64,000 nucleotides of DNA. It comes from Wenzhouxiangellaceae bacterium (lineage in GTDB: Bacteria; Pseudomonadota; Gammaproteobacteria; Xanthomonadales; Wenzhouxiangellaceae). Below are positions 30,336 to 40,968 of this stretch, piece by piece. Both the position numbers and the translations under genes were made by a program. The stretch covers positions 2,146-66,145 of the forward strand of contig REEQ01000042.1 in the NCBI GenBank assembly GCA_007695005.1, read 5' to 3'. The notes below the pieces were generated by a model. That model had not been told where the DNA came from and searched no databases. It saw nothing but the letters and a program-made list of their open reading frames with translations. The first letter of the stretch is position 1; each line of letters starts with the position of its first letter.

Positions 30336-31283
30336 TCAGGCTGCCATTGGCTCCAGCCAGTGCATGCTGAACAATCCTGCCGGGTCTTTCCAGACCCGGC
30401 TTGACTGCAGGCCGGCCGACGCCGCCAGCTCGCGAAAATCGCTGACCGAGTACTTGTGGCTGTTTTCGGTATGAATGGACTCGCCGGCCTGGAAGTCGAA
30501 ACATTGTCCGCCGAGCTCGATGCGTGTCGGGCGTTGAGCCACCAGGTGCATCTCGATGCGACGATGGTCGGCATCGTAGCGTGCCTCGTGGCGGAAGGCC
30601 TCGGGCTCCAGCCTGGCGTCGAGTTCGCCAGCCAGCCGTTCCAGCAGATTGAGGTTGAAGCGGGCGGTGATGCCTTCGCTGTCATCGTAGGCTCTCAGCA
30701 GCTGTTCGACGGGCTTGAGCAGGTCGACGCCAATCAATATGCCGCCGTTGGCGTCGGCGATGCGGCCCATCCGCTGCAAGAAGCGCTTGGCTTCTGCGCG
30801 CTCGAAGTTGCCGATGGTGGAGCCCGGAAAGTAAACCACGCGGCGCGCGGCCGGTGGATCGAGCGCAAGGTGCTCGCTGGCTATGTCGCCGGTGTAGTCC
30901 GCCCTCAGCGGACGAATCTCAATATCGGGGAAGGAAGTTTCGAGCTCGCGGCTCGCCTCGGCGAGGGCTGCGGCCGAAATCTCGATGGGCGTGTAGGCGC
31001 GCGGCCGATCCAGCCCGGCGAGCAGCTTGCGGGTCTTGATGCCGGCACCGCTGCCGAATTCGACGACATGGGCCTGCGGGCCGATCAGGTTGGCAAACTC
31101 GCCGATGTGGGTTTCATGCAAGGCCAGGTCGGCGCGGGTGACATAGTAGTCGTCGGAGGCGCAGATTGCTTCGAAAAGCTCTGATCCTCGCGCATCGTAC
31201 AGGTATTTGCATGGGAGTGTTCTAGGATGGCTGGCCAGGCCGGCAAGCGCGTCGGCCAGGAAGTTGGCGCGGGTGGGCTTCAT
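30336..31283 (-). CDS. egtD: L-histidine N-alpha-methyltransferase (ergothioneine biosynthesis EgtD)
   Basis: LPCKYLYDARGSELFEAICASDDYYVTRAD and EFGSGAGIKTR motifs. Start MKPTRANF at 31283 overlaps the egtB stop (ATGA). The longer ORF-track start at 31511 is rejected. Confidence 0.85.
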   Translation of the reverse strand: MKPTRANFLADALAGLASHPRTLPCKYLYDARGSELFEAICASDDYYVTRADLALHETHIGEFANLIGPQAHVVEFGSGAGIKTRKLLAGLDRPRAYTPIEISAAALAEASRELETSFPDIEIRPLRADYTGDIASEHLALDPPAARRVVYFPGSTIGNFERAEAKRFLQRMGRIADANGGILIGVDLLKPVEQLLRAYDDSEGITARFNLNLLERLAGELDARLEPEAFRHEARYDADHRRIEMHLVAQRPTRIELGGQCFDFQAGESIHTENSHKYSVSDFRELAASAGLQSSRVWKDPAGLFSMHWLEPMAA

Positions 31284-32608
31284 GCGCTGCGCCCCGCCGC
31301 ACCGTCGCGGGCCAGGCGCAGGCCACTGAACTGCCAGCGATCCCGCGGGTAGAAGAAATTGCGGTAGCTGGGCCGAATGTGTCCGCCAGGCGTGGCGCAG
31401 CTGCCGCCGCGCAGTACCATCTGGTTGGCCATGAACTTGCCGTTGTACTCGCCCACCGCACCGCGCGCCGGACGGAAGCCGGGGTAGGGTGCATAGGAAG
31501 AGCGGGTCCATTCCCAGACGCCGCCGAACATCTGAGCCAGCTGTCCGTCTGAACGTCCGGGCGCGTCGGGATGATAGCGTCGGTCATCGGCAAGGATGCC
31601 AGGGGTGCCGGCCAGCCGGCTGGCGTGCTCCCACTCCGCTTCCAGCGGGAGACGGGCATTTGCCCATTCGGCAAAGGCGCAGGCCTCGTAGAAGTTAAGG
31701 TGGCAGACCGGCTCGCTGCGATCAAGGCTGCGCCGGCCGCCGCAGGTATAGATGTGCCAGTGATGGTCCTGTCGCTCCCAGTAGAGCGGATGACTGATCG
31801 ACTGCTCCTTGATCCAGGCCCAGCCATCGGACAGCCAGAGTTCCGCCCGCTGGTAACCGCCGTCGTCGATGAAGTCGGCGAATTCACCGCAGCTGACGGG
31901 CCGATCGGCCAGCGAGAACGGCGCCAGGAAGACTTGATGCCGCGGTCCCTCGTTGTCGAAATGGAAGCTGTCGCCGTCAAACCCTGTTTCTGCCAGGCCG
32001 CCTTCGAAGTGCAACCACTGCAGGGGACGTTCAGATCCATCTTGTCCGTTGAGATCGACGATTGCCGGCGCGATCGGGTTATGGCTGAAGGCATGCTTGA
32101 GATCGGTGACCATAAGCTCCTGGTGCTGTTGCTCATGATTCAGGCCGAGAATCATCAAATTCATGATCCGGGCGCGCTCGGCGTCGGCATCGGCCCGGGA
32201 AAGCAATACCAACATGGCCTGATCGACATGCGCCCGATAGCGACCGACCTCGGCTGAGTCAGGGCGGGAGATCAGGGCTCTTGCCGCTCGCGGATATTGG
32301 GCGCCCAGGCTGTTGTAGTAGGAATTGAACAGGTAGGCAAAGTCATCGTTGTAGGGGCGGTAGTCGGGGAGATGGGGTTTCAGCAAAAAGGTTTCGAAAA
32401 ACCAGCTGGTATGGGCTCGATGCCACTTGATCGGGCTGACATCGGCCATGGATTGCAGGTTCTGGTCTTCTGCCGTCAGCCCTTCACTGAAGGCATCGGT
32501 TGTAGAGCGCACCTGCTGGTAGGCGCTCACGGCCTGATCCTGCCCGATCAGCATGGGCGGCATCTCGTTGAAGTGGACGGATTGAGGTGATTTGGCTGCT
32601 TCGGGCAT
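31280..32608 (-). CDS. egtB: Ergothioneine biosynthesis sulfoxide synthase EgtB (DinB_2 + FGE-sulfatase domains)
   Basis: SPIKWHRAHTSWFFETF and LNHEQQHQEL (DinB-like iron site). C-terminal FGE-like GGVWEWT...RGGS. Start placed at MPEAAKS (32608). Confidence 0.85.
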   Translation of the reverse strand: MPEAAKSPQSVHFNEMPPMLIGQDQAVSAYQQVRSTTDAFSEGLTAEDQNLQSMADVSPIKWHRAHTSWFFETFLLKPHLPDYRPYNDDFAYLFNSYYNSLGAQYPRAARALISRPDSAEVGRYRAHVDQAMLVLLSRADADAERARIMNLMILGLNHEQQHQELMVTDLKHAFSHNPIAPAIVDLNGQDGSERPLQWLHFEGGLAETGFDGDSFHFDNEGPRHQVFLAPFSLADRPVSCGEFADFIDDGGYQRAELWLSDGWAWIKEQSISHPLYWERQDHHWHIYTCGGRRSLDRSEPVCHLNFYEACAFAEWANARLPLEAEWEHASRLAGTPGILADDRRYHPDAPGRSDGQLAQMFGGVWEWTRSSYAPYPGFRPARGAVGEYNGKFMANQMVLRGGSCATPGGHIRPSYRNFFYPRDRWQFSGLRLARDGAAGRSA

Positions 32609-32800
32609 GCTTGCTTCAGGTCTACGGCTAAACGGCGCCCGCAGGCGCGATCGTGGTCCAATTGCGAATGTTAAATCCCTGTTGGCGAAGATGAGTGAAT
32701 TCCGGGTAAAAATCTTCACTCCTGTCTAACATTGCCTTTCCCCGTGGCTAACCGTCGATGTTCAAGAATCCTGAATTGATTCCAATATCAGGTTAACAGG

Positions 32801-33184
32801 ATGATCCGATACTTTTGTTCCATCACGGCGTTGGCCACTGTGCTGCTGCCAGCCGCATCGCCAGCCCTGCTCGTGCAAATCAATGACGAGGATCTGCCCT
32901 ATCAGCAAGCGCCGACCGTCGGCTTCCAGGCCGAGGGACGCGTGCTGGTGGTCGATTCCGATGGCGCTTTTCAGTGTAGCCTGTCCAATGGGAATGGACC
33001 CGGGCCGGGCGTTTCCGACGGGCTGCGCCTGGTCATCGATGGTGCGGAGCTCGATCTGCTCGGCAGCGTCACCCTGAGCATGGAAGGCGGTCTGCCGCGT
33101 CTGAGCATGAATACGGCCAACGGTTCGGTGACCTGCAGCCAGGATCGAATCTACCGGGATCGCTTCGCCTTGCTTGCCCCGTGA
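32801..33184 (+). CDS. Hypothetical exported protein
   Basis: 127-aa ORF with an N-terminal hydrophobic signal-like segment. No family recognised. Confidence 0.45.
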   Translation: MIRYFCSITALATVLLPAASPALLVQINDEDLPYQQAPTVGFQAEGRVLVVDSDGAFQCSLSNGNGPGPGVSDGLRLVIDGAELDLLGSVTLSMEGGLPRLSMNTANGSVTCSQDRIYRDRFALLAP

Positions 33185-33205
33185 GCCTGATCAGGACCTG
33201 AGCAT

Positions 33206-34633
33206 TCAGTCGATTCCGTACTTTTTCAGTTTGTATCGCAGCGAGCGGAAGGTAATTCCCAACTGTCGGGCCGCTTCGGTCTTGTTGTAGCGCGCTTCGC
33301 GCAGGGCGTTTTCCAGGATGCGCCGCTCGACATCCTCAATGTAGTCATCCAGGCTTCGGTCTTCCGGGCGCTCGGCGATGCCGCCATCAGCCGGTATCGC
33401 ATCCTGATCCAGGCTGAGATCGTCGCGAGTGATTACATCGCCCTCGCACAGGGTGACGGCGCGCTGCAGTATATTGACCAGCTCCCGGACATTGCCCGAG
33501 TAATTGTGCTGGCGCAGCGCTTCGATGGCGTCCTCGCCCAGTGTTCTGGGCGGCTCGCCCCACTGCTCGCCGATGCTGTCCAGGAAATGCCCGGCCAGCA
33601 GGGCGATGTCGCCGCGCCGCTCGGCAAGACAAGGCATGTGCAGCTCGATTACATTCAGGCGATAGTACAAATCATTGCGGAAGCTGCCGTCTTCGACCAG
33701 GGGCTTGAGCGGCTTGTGACTGGCCGACAGGATGCGAACGTCGATCTTGAGTTCTTGCCGCCCGCCAATCGGGCGTACGGTCTTTTCCTGGATCACCCGG
33801 AGCAGCTTGACCTGCATCGGCAACGGCAGGTCGGCCACTTCATCGAGGAACAAGGTGCCGCCCTGCGCTGCCTGGAACAGGCCCTCCTTGTCGGCATCGG
33901 CCCCGGTAAAGCTGCCCTTGATGTGACCGAAGAACTCGCTCTCCATCAGCTCCGATGGAATGGCGCCGCAGTTGACCGCGATGAAGGGCTCTTCCGATCG
34001 TGGACCCAGATCATGAATTAGTCTGGCGGCCAACTCTTTGCCGGTGCCCGAATCACCGCTGATGAACACCGGCGCCTGGCTACGGGCCAGCTTGACGATG
34101 GTCTGGCGGACCCGCTTGATTGCCTCGGATCGACCGATCAGGCGTTGCAGCAGCAGCGACTTCTCATCATCGTCAAGGACCTCCGGTGCCGCGGGCTTCT
34201 CGGTGGCTGGTGCTTTTCCCACCGTAGCGGCGGGCTCCGCGGCCGCTTTCTCAGCGTCGTCCTGACGCAACTTCAAGGCGGTTCGCACCAGATTGCGCAA
34301 GACCTCGAGATCCACCGGCTTCGATACGAAGTCGAAGGCACCGTACTTGAGTGCCGTTACCGCGTCTTCGACCTTGCCGAATGCTGTGATCATGGCGACC
34401 GGAATCTGCTCATGGTCACGATTGATTTCCTTGATCAGGGTCAGGCCGTTGCCGTCGGGCAGGCGCATGTCGGTCAGACACAGGGCGTAATCCGAGCGGT
34501 CGGCCAGGCACCGACGGGCGGATGCCAGGTCCTCGGCCGTATCGACATCAAGTCCCATCCTGCTCAGGGTGATGTCGAGCAGCTCGCGAAGGTCGGGTTC
34601 ATCGTCGACGACGAGTGCGCGCATTTGACTCAT
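33206..34633 (-). CDS. pilR: Sigma-54-dependent response regulator (NtrC family, PilR-like)
   Basis: Receiver domain (VVDDEPDLRELL...D). AAA+ domain with GSFTGA and ESEFFGH. C-terminal Fis-type HTH. N-terminus closely resembles PilR. Confidence 0.85.
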   Translation of the reverse strand: MSQMRALVVDDEPDLRELLDITLSRMGLDVDTAEDLASARRCLADRSDYALCLTDMRLPDGNGLTLIKEINRDHEQIPVAMITAFGKVEDAVTALKYGAFDFVSKPVDLEVLRNLVRTALKLRQDDAEKAAAEPAATVGKAPATEKPAAPEVLDDDEKSLLLQRLIGRSEAIKRVRQTIVKLARSQAPVFISGDSGTGKELAARLIHDLGPRSEEPFIAVNCGAIPSELMESEFFGHIKGSFTGADADKEGLFQAAQGGTLFLDEVADLPLPMQVKLLRVIQEKTVRPIGGRQELKIDVRILSASHKPLKPLVEDGSFRNDLYYRLNVIELHMPCLAERRGDIALLAGHFLDSIGEQWGEPPRTLGEDAIEALRQHNYSGNVRELVNILQRAVTLCEGDVITRDDLSLDQDAIPADGGIAERPEDRSLDDYIEDVERRILENALREARYNKTEAARQLGITFRSLRYKLKKYGID

Positions 34634-34668
34634 CTAACTATTTGCTCCTTGGGCGCAACATGATGCGG

Positions 34669-36312
34669 TCAGGCCGTCGTTGACCTGGCGGCGGTAGTCG
34701 CTCTCGTTGGCTGACTATCCGCGTCGGGCCGACGCAGCAGAATGCGAAAACAGGCGCCGGCATTGGGAACCTGGACATACTCCAGCGGCGCCTGGTTGGC
34801 GTCGCACAGCTGGCGCGCCAGGTACAGGCCGAGGCCGGACCCCTGCTTGTGCGTGGTAAAGAACGGCTCGAACACTTGCGAGCGCTTTTCCAGCGGAATG
34901 CCGGGCCCATCATCGATGATGTCCAGGGCCATCTCGCGATGACCGCGGATCGGGCTGACTCTGAGGGTGATGGTGGGCGTGCGATCATCGACGCGGGCAT
35001 GCTTGAGCGCGTTTTCCATCAGGTTCCAAACCGCCTGGGTCATCTGGCCAGGGTCGATCAGCACCATGATTGCGGCAGACGGGGCTTCCAGCCGAACTTT
35101 GTCTTCGTGCAGCTTGTGATAACGGCGGAACTCGTTGACCAGCTTGCGGGCCCAGCTGACCAGGTTGACCGCCTCGACGCGGGCTCGCTCGCGTCGCGAC
35201 AGCTTGAGCACGTTTTCAACGATGTCGTTAACGCGCACCGAGTGGTTGAGAATCATCTTGACCAGCTTTTGGTCAGGCGCGGTGAGCTCTTCTGACTCGC
35301 CGAGCAGCTGCGCGGCGTGGCTCAGGGCGCCGAGTGGATTTCTGATTTCATGGGCAATCGATGCCGACAGTCTGGCCAGCGATGCCTGGGCCAGATCGCG
35401 GGCGCGACGGCTGACCACCGAGGTGTCTTCGAGGAAGATCAGCGTGGCCTCGCTGTTGAGCCCCGGCATGCTCAGCATGCGCGGCACCACGGCAACCTGG
35501 GTTGCATGCAGCAGCAGCCCCTCATCTTCGCTCTTGCCGGTGCGCCGCCACTGCTCCAGGCGCTCATGCAGCGGCGGAGCAATGACTTTCAGATTACGCT
35601 CGCTGACCGGCGGATTCCCCAGCAAATACCAGGCAGCTTCGTTCATCTGCCGAATCTTGCCAGCCACATCGACCACCAGCACACCCGAGCGCATTCGATG
35701 AATAATCAACTCGTTGATCTGTTCCAGGTTGGCGAGGTCGACGCCGCGCCGCTCGGCCAGCAGTTGGTATTCGCGGCCCCAGCGCCCGAGCAGCGAGCAG
35801 CCCAGGGCGGTGACGAAGGCGGCAATGCCGTACAGGCCTGCCTGCACTGCCAGCGAGGTGGCCGGCGAAATTCTTGCTGCCAGCGCGGCATCAATGACCA
35901 GGCCTATGGCAACCAGGCTGGCAAACAGCAGCGCTGTGCGCAGCGAAAGCAGCAGTCCGGCAATGCCGACCGTGAACAGCAGCAGGATGACCAGGCCGCT
36001 TTCAATCCCGCCAAAGCAGTGCAGGATGATGCTGACAATGATCAGATCGGTGGCCAGCGAGAACGAAGCCAGCTCCTGGGCCGGGGTGGATCGTCGAAGG
36101 TGCACGACCAGAAAGATGCCGGTAGCGCCGGCGTAGGTCAGGGCCGCTGCCTGGGCCAGAAAGGCCTTGTAGGCTGGCACCAGGCTTTGAGCCAGCGGGC
36201 TGAAAGCCAGCACCAGCAGAATGACTGAGAGGATGAGCCTGAAGCCGTTGAGATAGTGCAACGCCCTGCGGACGATGCTGTCGTCTGCCACCAGCGAGCT
36301 GCGCGCCTTCAT
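34669..36312 (-). CDS. pilS: Sensor histidine kinase with a polytopic N-terminus (PilS-like)
   Basis: About six N-terminal TM helices. H-box SIAHEIRNPL. N/G boxes NALKHA and DDGPGI...GSGLGL. Start set at the second ATG (36312), 7 nt after GAGG; the ORF-track start at 36348 is a TTG. Confidence 0.82.
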   Translation of the reverse strand: MKARSSLVADDSIVRRALHYLNGFRLILSVILLVLAFSPLAQSLVPAYKAFLAQAAALTYAGATGIFLVVHLRRSTPAQELASFSLATDLIIVSIILHCFGGIESGLVILLLFTVGIAGLLLSLRTALLFASLVAIGLVIDAALAARISPATSLAVQAGLYGIAAFVTALGCSLLGRWGREYQLLAERRGVDLANLEQINELIIHRMRSGVLVVDVAGKIRQMNEAAWYLLGNPPVSERNLKVIAPPLHERLEQWRRTGKSEDEGLLLHATQVAVVPRMLSMPGLNSEATLIFLEDTSVVSRRARDLAQASLARLSASIAHEIRNPLGALSHAAQLLGESEELTAPDQKLVKMILNHSVRVNDIVENVLKLSRRERARVEAVNLVSWARKLVNEFRRYHKLHEDKVRLEAPSAAIMVLIDPGQMTQAVWNLMENALKHARVDDRTPTITLRVSPIRGHREMALDIIDDGPGIPLEKRSQVFEPFFTTHKQGSGLGLYLARQLCDANQAPLEYVQVPNAGACFRILLRRPDADSQPTRATTAARSTTA

Positions 36313-36570
36313 TTCCATACCTCGATCAGGCAGTTGGATGAATTCCAAGCCGGCAAGCGAACGGGCTGCCGGGTTGATGCCGCCGGGCAGATCAGCCTGT
36401 AGCCGTCATCGATGCGCCCGTACAGCCCCTATACACGCCGATTATACGCATTAATTACGGTTTGATAATTCAGCCTGTCTGTACCAAAATAGGGCGGTTG
36501 TGGCGTCGGGCCTTATCCGGATGCCGCCGTCCTATCTTGACAGACAACCTCCAATCCCAAGGGTTAAGCA

Positions 36571-37737
36571 ATGAATTTTCATGAGTATCAGGCCAAGGAG
36601 CTGTTCGAGCAGTATGGCATTCCGGTGCCGCGCGGCGAACTGGCCACCACGGCTGACGAGGCCGTGGCTGCTGCCGAGAAGCTCGGCGGTGGGCAGTGGG
36701 TGATCAAGGCGCAGGTCCATGCAGGCGGTCGCGGCAAGGCCGGCGGCGTCAAACTGGTCGACAGTCTTGATGCAGTTCGAGCTGAAGCCGAGCGCATGCT
36801 CGGCATGAGTATCGAAACCTACCAGACCGGCGGTCGTGCCTTGCCGGTCAACAGCGTACTCGTCGCTGAAGCGACCAGCATCAAGCAGGAGCTTTACCTG
36901 GGCGCCCTGGTCGACCGTGCGCACAAGGCCGTCGTCTTCATGGGCTCGGCAGCCGGCGGCGTCGACATCGAAAAAGTCGCCGAGGAAACGCCGGATCAGA
37001 TCATTACGGCCGTTGTCGACAACGCCGCTGGTTTCATGCCCTACCAGGCGCGCCAGATCGGGTTCCAGATGGGTCTGAATGCCAAGCAGGTTCGCCAGCT
37101 GAGCAAGATCATGGACGCTCTGTACCGATTGTTCGTGGAAAAGGATATCGGCCTGATCGAGGTCAATCCGCTGATCATCGATGACAAGGGCGACCTGATT
37201 GCCCTGGATGCCAAGCTCAATGCCGACGAGAACGCGCTTTATCGCCATCCGGACCTGGCCGAAATGCGTGACGAGTCGCAGGAAGATCCGACCGAGCTGG
37301 CCGCCAGCAAGCACGAGTTGAACTACGTCACCCTGGACGGTGATATCGCGTGCATGGTCAACGGCGCAGGCCTGGCGATGGCGACCATGGACGTGGTCAA
37401 GCTGGCGGGTGGCGAGCCGGCCAACTTTCTCGACGTCGGCGGTGGCACCAATGCCGAACGCGTCAAGGAAGCCTTCAAGCTGATTCTGTCCGGTGACAAC
37501 GTCAAGGCCATTCTGGTCAACATCTTCGGCGGTATCGTGCGCTGCGACCTGATTGCCGAGGGCATCATCAACGCGGTCAAGGACATAGACGTCAGTGTGC
37601 CCGTGGTAGTCCGCCTGGAAGGCACCAATGTCGACGAGGGCAAGAAGCTGCTTGCCGACAGTGGTTTTGCCATCATTCCCGCCGACGATCTCAATGACGG
37701 CGCTCGCAAGGCCGTTGAAGCCGCCGCCGCTGCCTGA
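36571..37737 (+). CDS. sucC: Succinyl-CoA synthetase beta subunit
   Basis: [12 protein letters not shown]...ATP-grasp; 388 aa. Confidence 0.95.
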   Translation: MNFHEYQAKELFEQYGIPVPRGELATTADEAVAAAEKLGGGQWVIKAQVHAGGRGKAGGVKLVDSLDAVRAEAERMLGMSIETYQTGGRALPVNSVLVAEATSIKQELYLGALVDRAHKAVVFMGSAAGGVDIEKVAEETPDQIITAVVDNAAGFMPYQARQIGFQMGLNAKQVRQLSKIMDALYRLFVEKDIGLIEVNPLIIDDKGDLIALDAKLNADENALYRHPDLAEMRDESQEDPTELAASKHELNYVTLDGDIACMVNGAGLAMATMDVVKLAGGEPANFLDVGGGTNAERVKEAFKLILSGDNVKAILVNIFGGIVRCDLIAEGIINAVKDIDVSVPVVVRLEGTNVDEGKKLLADSGFAIIPADDLNDGARKAVEAAAAA

Positions 37738-37748
37738 AGGAATCTGAC

Positions 37749-38621
37749 ATGAGCGTACTAGTCAACAAGAAAACCAAGGTCATCACCCAAGGCTTCACCG
37801 GCGCCCAGGGTACCTTTCACTCCGAGCAAGCCATTGCCTATGGTACCCGCCTCGTCGGCGGGGTGACGCCGGGCAAGGGCGGCCAGGATCATCTCGGCCT
37901 GCCGGTGTTCGATACGGTTGATCAGGCGGTCGAGGAAACCGGGGCCGACGCTTCGATGATCTTTGTTCCGCCACCGTTTGCCGCCGATGCGATTCTCGAG
38001 GCTGCCGACGCTGGCATCCGTGTCATCGTCTGCATTACCGAGGGTATTCCGGTACTCGACATGATGAAGGTCAAGGCGGCACTGGCCGGCTATGAAGACG
38101 TCACCCTGATCGGACCGAACTGCCCTGGCATCATCACCCCGGGTGAGTGCAAGATCGGGATCATGCCCGGTCGCATCCACAAGCCCGGCAAGGTGGGAAT
38201 CGTCTCCCGCTCCGGCACCCTGACCTACGAGGCGGTTTATCAGACCACCCAGGCCGAACTGGGCCAGAGCACCTGTATCGGCATCGGTGGTGATCCGATC
38301 CATGGCATGAGCTTCGTCGATTGCCTGGCCCTGTTCCAGGAAGATGACGATACCCAGGGCATCATCATGGTCGGGGAAATTGGCGGTTCCGCTGAAGAAG
38401 ACGCGGCCGAGTTCATCGCTGATCACGTCACCAAGCCGGTCGTTGGCTATATTGCAGGCGTCACCGCCCCCCCGGGCAAGCGCATGGGTCATGCCGGTGC
38501 GATCATTTCCGGCGGCAAGGGCACGGCCGAGGCGAAGTATGCAGCCCTGGAAGAGGCTGGCGTCACGACCGTACGCTCGCCGGTGGAACTGGGTGCCGCC
38601 ATTGCCGATCGCCTGAAGTAA
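37749..38621 (+). CDS. sucD: Succinyl-CoA synthetase alpha subunit
   Basis: [11 protein letters not shown], the SRSGTLTYE and GHAGAI phosphohistidine region. Confidence 0.95.
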   Translation: MSVLVNKKTKVITQGFTGAQGTFHSEQAIAYGTRLVGGVTPGKGGQDHLGLPVFDTVDQAVEETGADASMIFVPPPFAADAILEAADAGIRVIVCITEGIPVLDMMKVKAALAGYEDVTLIGPNCPGIITPGECKIGIMPGRIHKPGKVGIVSRSGTLTYEAVYQTTQAELGQSTCIGIGGDPIHGMSFVDCLALFQEDDDTQGIIMVGEIGGSAEEDAAEFIADHVTKPVVGYIAGVTAPPGKRMGHAGAIISGGKGTAEAKYAALEEAGVTTVRSPVELGAAIADRLK

Positions 38622-38624
38622 GGG

Positions 38625-38678
38625 TTTCCGGCTTCCGGTCTCCGGTTCCCCGCGGGCCGCCCACGGGTGCCGGAGACC
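38625..38678. repeat. Heptamer tandem repeat plus a 9-bp inverted repeat downstream of sucD
   Basis: TTTCCGG CTTCCGG TCTCCGG TTCCCCG at 38625-38652. GGTCTCCGG (38637-38645) pairs with CCGGAGACC (38670-38678) across a 24-nt GC-rich loop. No T tract follows. Confidence 0.6.
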
Positions 38679-38704
38679 GCTCACTGCTAACCGGGAACTG
38701 ATGC

Positions 38705-40336
38705 ATGCTAAAGATTGCCCTTGCCCAGGATGACTTCCTGGTTGGCCACATCACCGGCAACCGTGATCGAATCATCGCCTTGATCGAGCGGGCACGTGAC
38801 CAGCACCGTGCCGACCTCCTGGTCTTGCCGGAGCTGGCGCTGACCGGCTATCCGCCGGAGGATCTGGTGCTCCGGCCCGGATTCATGCGTCGAACCGAGC
38901 AAGCCCTGGCGGAGATCGCGGCGCAGGTTCGGGGAATCGACGTCATCCTTGGTCATCCTCGGGCCGAGAACGAGCAGCGCTACAACTCGGTTTCCTGGCT
39001 GCGCGACGGCAAGGTGCTGGGCGTATATGACAAGTGGGATTTGCCGAACTACGCCGTTTTCGATGAGCGGCGATACTTTGTCCCCGGTGATCAGCCGCTG
39101 GTCATAGAAGTAGCCGGTGTTCGTGTTGGCGTCCTGATCTGTGAAGACACCTGGACGGCGGGGGCGGCTGCTGCTGCTCGCGCTGCGGGCGCGCAGATCA
39201 TCGTCTCGGCCAATGCCTCGCCGTTTTACCAGAACAAGCATCTTGATCGGGCCCGTGTGCTCAAGGACAGACACCGCGAGACCGGCTTGCCGCTGATTTA
39301 CCTCAACTGCGTTGGCGGTCAGGACGAACTGGTGTTCGACGGTCACTCACTGGCTATCGACGGCCAGGGGCAGCTGTCAGTGCCGGCGCCGCTTTGTGAG
39401 GAAGCCCTGCTGCTGGTGGCCTTCGAGCCCGCCGACGGTGCCCTGCATTACCTGGAATGGCCGGCCGGCGAGACCGAGCAAACGCCGGTGGTCTATCGTG
39501 TGCTGCAGCGCGGACTGCGTGACTATGTGCACAAGAACAAGTTTCGCTCGGTCGTTTTTGGCCTGTCCGGCGGGATCGACTCGGCGCTTACGGCCGCGAT
39601 CGCTGCCGATGCTCTGGGTCCGGATAATGTGCTCGCGGTCATGCTGCCATCACGCCATACTTCCGAGCTTTCCCTCATTCTGGCCAGCGAGCAGATTGAC
39701 AGGCTGGAGCTGCGCTGGCACAACATCTCCATCGAGCCGATCTACCAGGCGCTGACCAGGCAGCTGGCGGAAGCCTTCGCCGGCACCAGGGAGAACTTCA
39801 CCGAAGAGAATCTTCAGGCTCGTGCGCGCGGCAACATCATCATGGCGCTGTCGAACAAGTTTGGCCATTTGCCCCTGGCGACCAGCAACAAGAGTGAACT
39901 CGCAACCGGTTACTCGACCATTTACGGCGACATGTGCGGCGGCTACAGCCCGCTGAAAGATTGTCTGAAGCAGCAGGTTTATGCCTTGAGCCGCTGGCGC
40001 AACAGCCAGTCACCGGCGATCCCGGAGGAGGTGATCAGCCGACCGCCTTCTGCCGAATTACGGCCGGATCAGCTTGATCAGGACAGTCTGCCACCGTATG
40101 AGGTCTTGGACGACATCATTGTTCGCTACGTCGAACAGGACCAGCCGATTTCCGAAATTGTTGCCGCGGGCATCGACGAGGCCACGGTCAGGCGCGTTGC
40201 CGGGATGGTGCTCGCCGCCGAGTACAAGCGCCGCCAGGGCGCGCCGGGCCCGCGGATCACGCGCAAGGCCTTCGGCCGCGACCGCCGTTATCCGATCACC
40301 TCCGGTTGGCGTGACAGCGGGGTAACCGGCTTGTAA
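38705..40336 (+). CDS. nadE: Glutamine-dependent NAD+ synthetase
   Basis: N-terminal CN-hydrolase domain plus C-terminal NAD synthase with the SGGIDSA P-loop. Confidence 0.92.
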   Translation: MLKIALAQDDFLVGHITGNRDRIIALIERARDQHRADLLVLPELALTGYPPEDLVLRPGFMRRTEQALAEIAAQVRGIDVILGHPRAENEQRYNSVSWLRDGKVLGVYDKWDLPNYAVFDERRYFVPGDQPLVIEVAGVRVGVLICEDTWTAGAAAAARAAGAQIIVSANASPFYQNKHLDRARVLKDRHRETGLPLIYLNCVGGQDELVFDGHSLAIDGQGQLSVPAPLCEEALLLVAFEPADGALHYLEWPAGETEQTPVVYRVLQRGLRDYVHKNKFRSVVFGLSGGIDSALTAAIAADALGPDNVLAVMLPSRHTSELSLILASEQIDRLELRWHNISIEPIYQALTRQLAEAFAGTRENFTEENLQARARGNIIMALSNKFGHLPLATSNKSELATGYSTIYGDMCGGYSPLKDCLKQQVYALSRWRNSQSPAIPEEVISRPPSAELRPDQLDQDSLPPYEVLDDIIVRYVEQDQPISEIVAAGIDEATVRRVAGMVLAAEYKRRQGAPGPRITRKAFGRDRRYPITSGWRDSGVTGL

Positions 40337-40368
40337 CTCCTGCACACTAGGCTAGGTCACTGGTTTTT

Positions 40369-40740
40369 TTGTGTGCTTTGCCAGTGATCGGTCGCTGCCT
40401 GATAGTCCTGTTTGCCTTGCTGGCCATACCGGCGCTTTCCCAATCCACTGCACCGATTCTTGATCCGCGGGTCGACCCGGCCGTGGTTCGGCATCTCAAC
40501 CTGCATGAGCGGGCGCCGGTCATCGTCGTCGTCGGCGGGCGCCTGTCAGAGGTCCGCGAATTCTGGCGCCTGCTGAGTCGTGAGTTGAGGTTCGGTCACG
40601 GCGAACTGGTCGGCTTGCCGAATAACCAGGGCGAGTTCTTCGCCGAGCTGACCCGCAGCGGTGTTTTTCTGGTGCTGAGCAGTGATCAGGTCGAGGAGAT
40701 CTACCTGACTTTCGAGGCTACCCTGCCGGATGATGGCTGA
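40369..40740 (+). CDS. Hypothetical exported protein
   Basis: 123-aa ORF with a non-ATG (TTG) start and a signal-like segment (LIVLFALLAIPALSQS). No family recognised. Confidence 0.45.
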   Translation: MCALPVIGRCLIVLFALLAIPALSQSTAPILDPRVDPAVVRHLNLHERAPVIVVVGGRLSEVREFWRLLSRELRFGHGELVGLPNNQGEFFAELTRSGVFLVLSSDQVEEIYLTFEATLPDDG

Positions 40741-40968
40741 GCTGACCGACCTGGTTACAATGGCCTTTGCCCGTCGAAGCCTCGTCGATTTGCCAGGTCT
40801 CGGTTAGAATCAAACCAGATACAACTGCAACCTCGAGGCTGCCTTGCCGGCAATCAACATTTCCTTGCCCGATTCACGCGGTGCCAGATTGGCGCCGACC
40901 GGTGCTGTCGATGCCGGCTAAGAAATCCTGTGTGACTACCGTTGATCGTTTCTACGTGATCGGGCCCG

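Noticed and set aside
30336-31511. Extended 391-aa version of egtD
   Set aside because: The extension lies entirely inside egtB in another frame. The family N-terminus starts at MKPTRANF (31283), with a canonical ATGA stop-start overlap.
32770-32792. Imperfect palindrome CCTGAATTGattcCAATaTCAGG just upstream of the 32801 ORF
   Set aside because: The arms align only with a 1-nt bulge, and the adjoining ORF is itself uncertain. This is too weak to call an operator.
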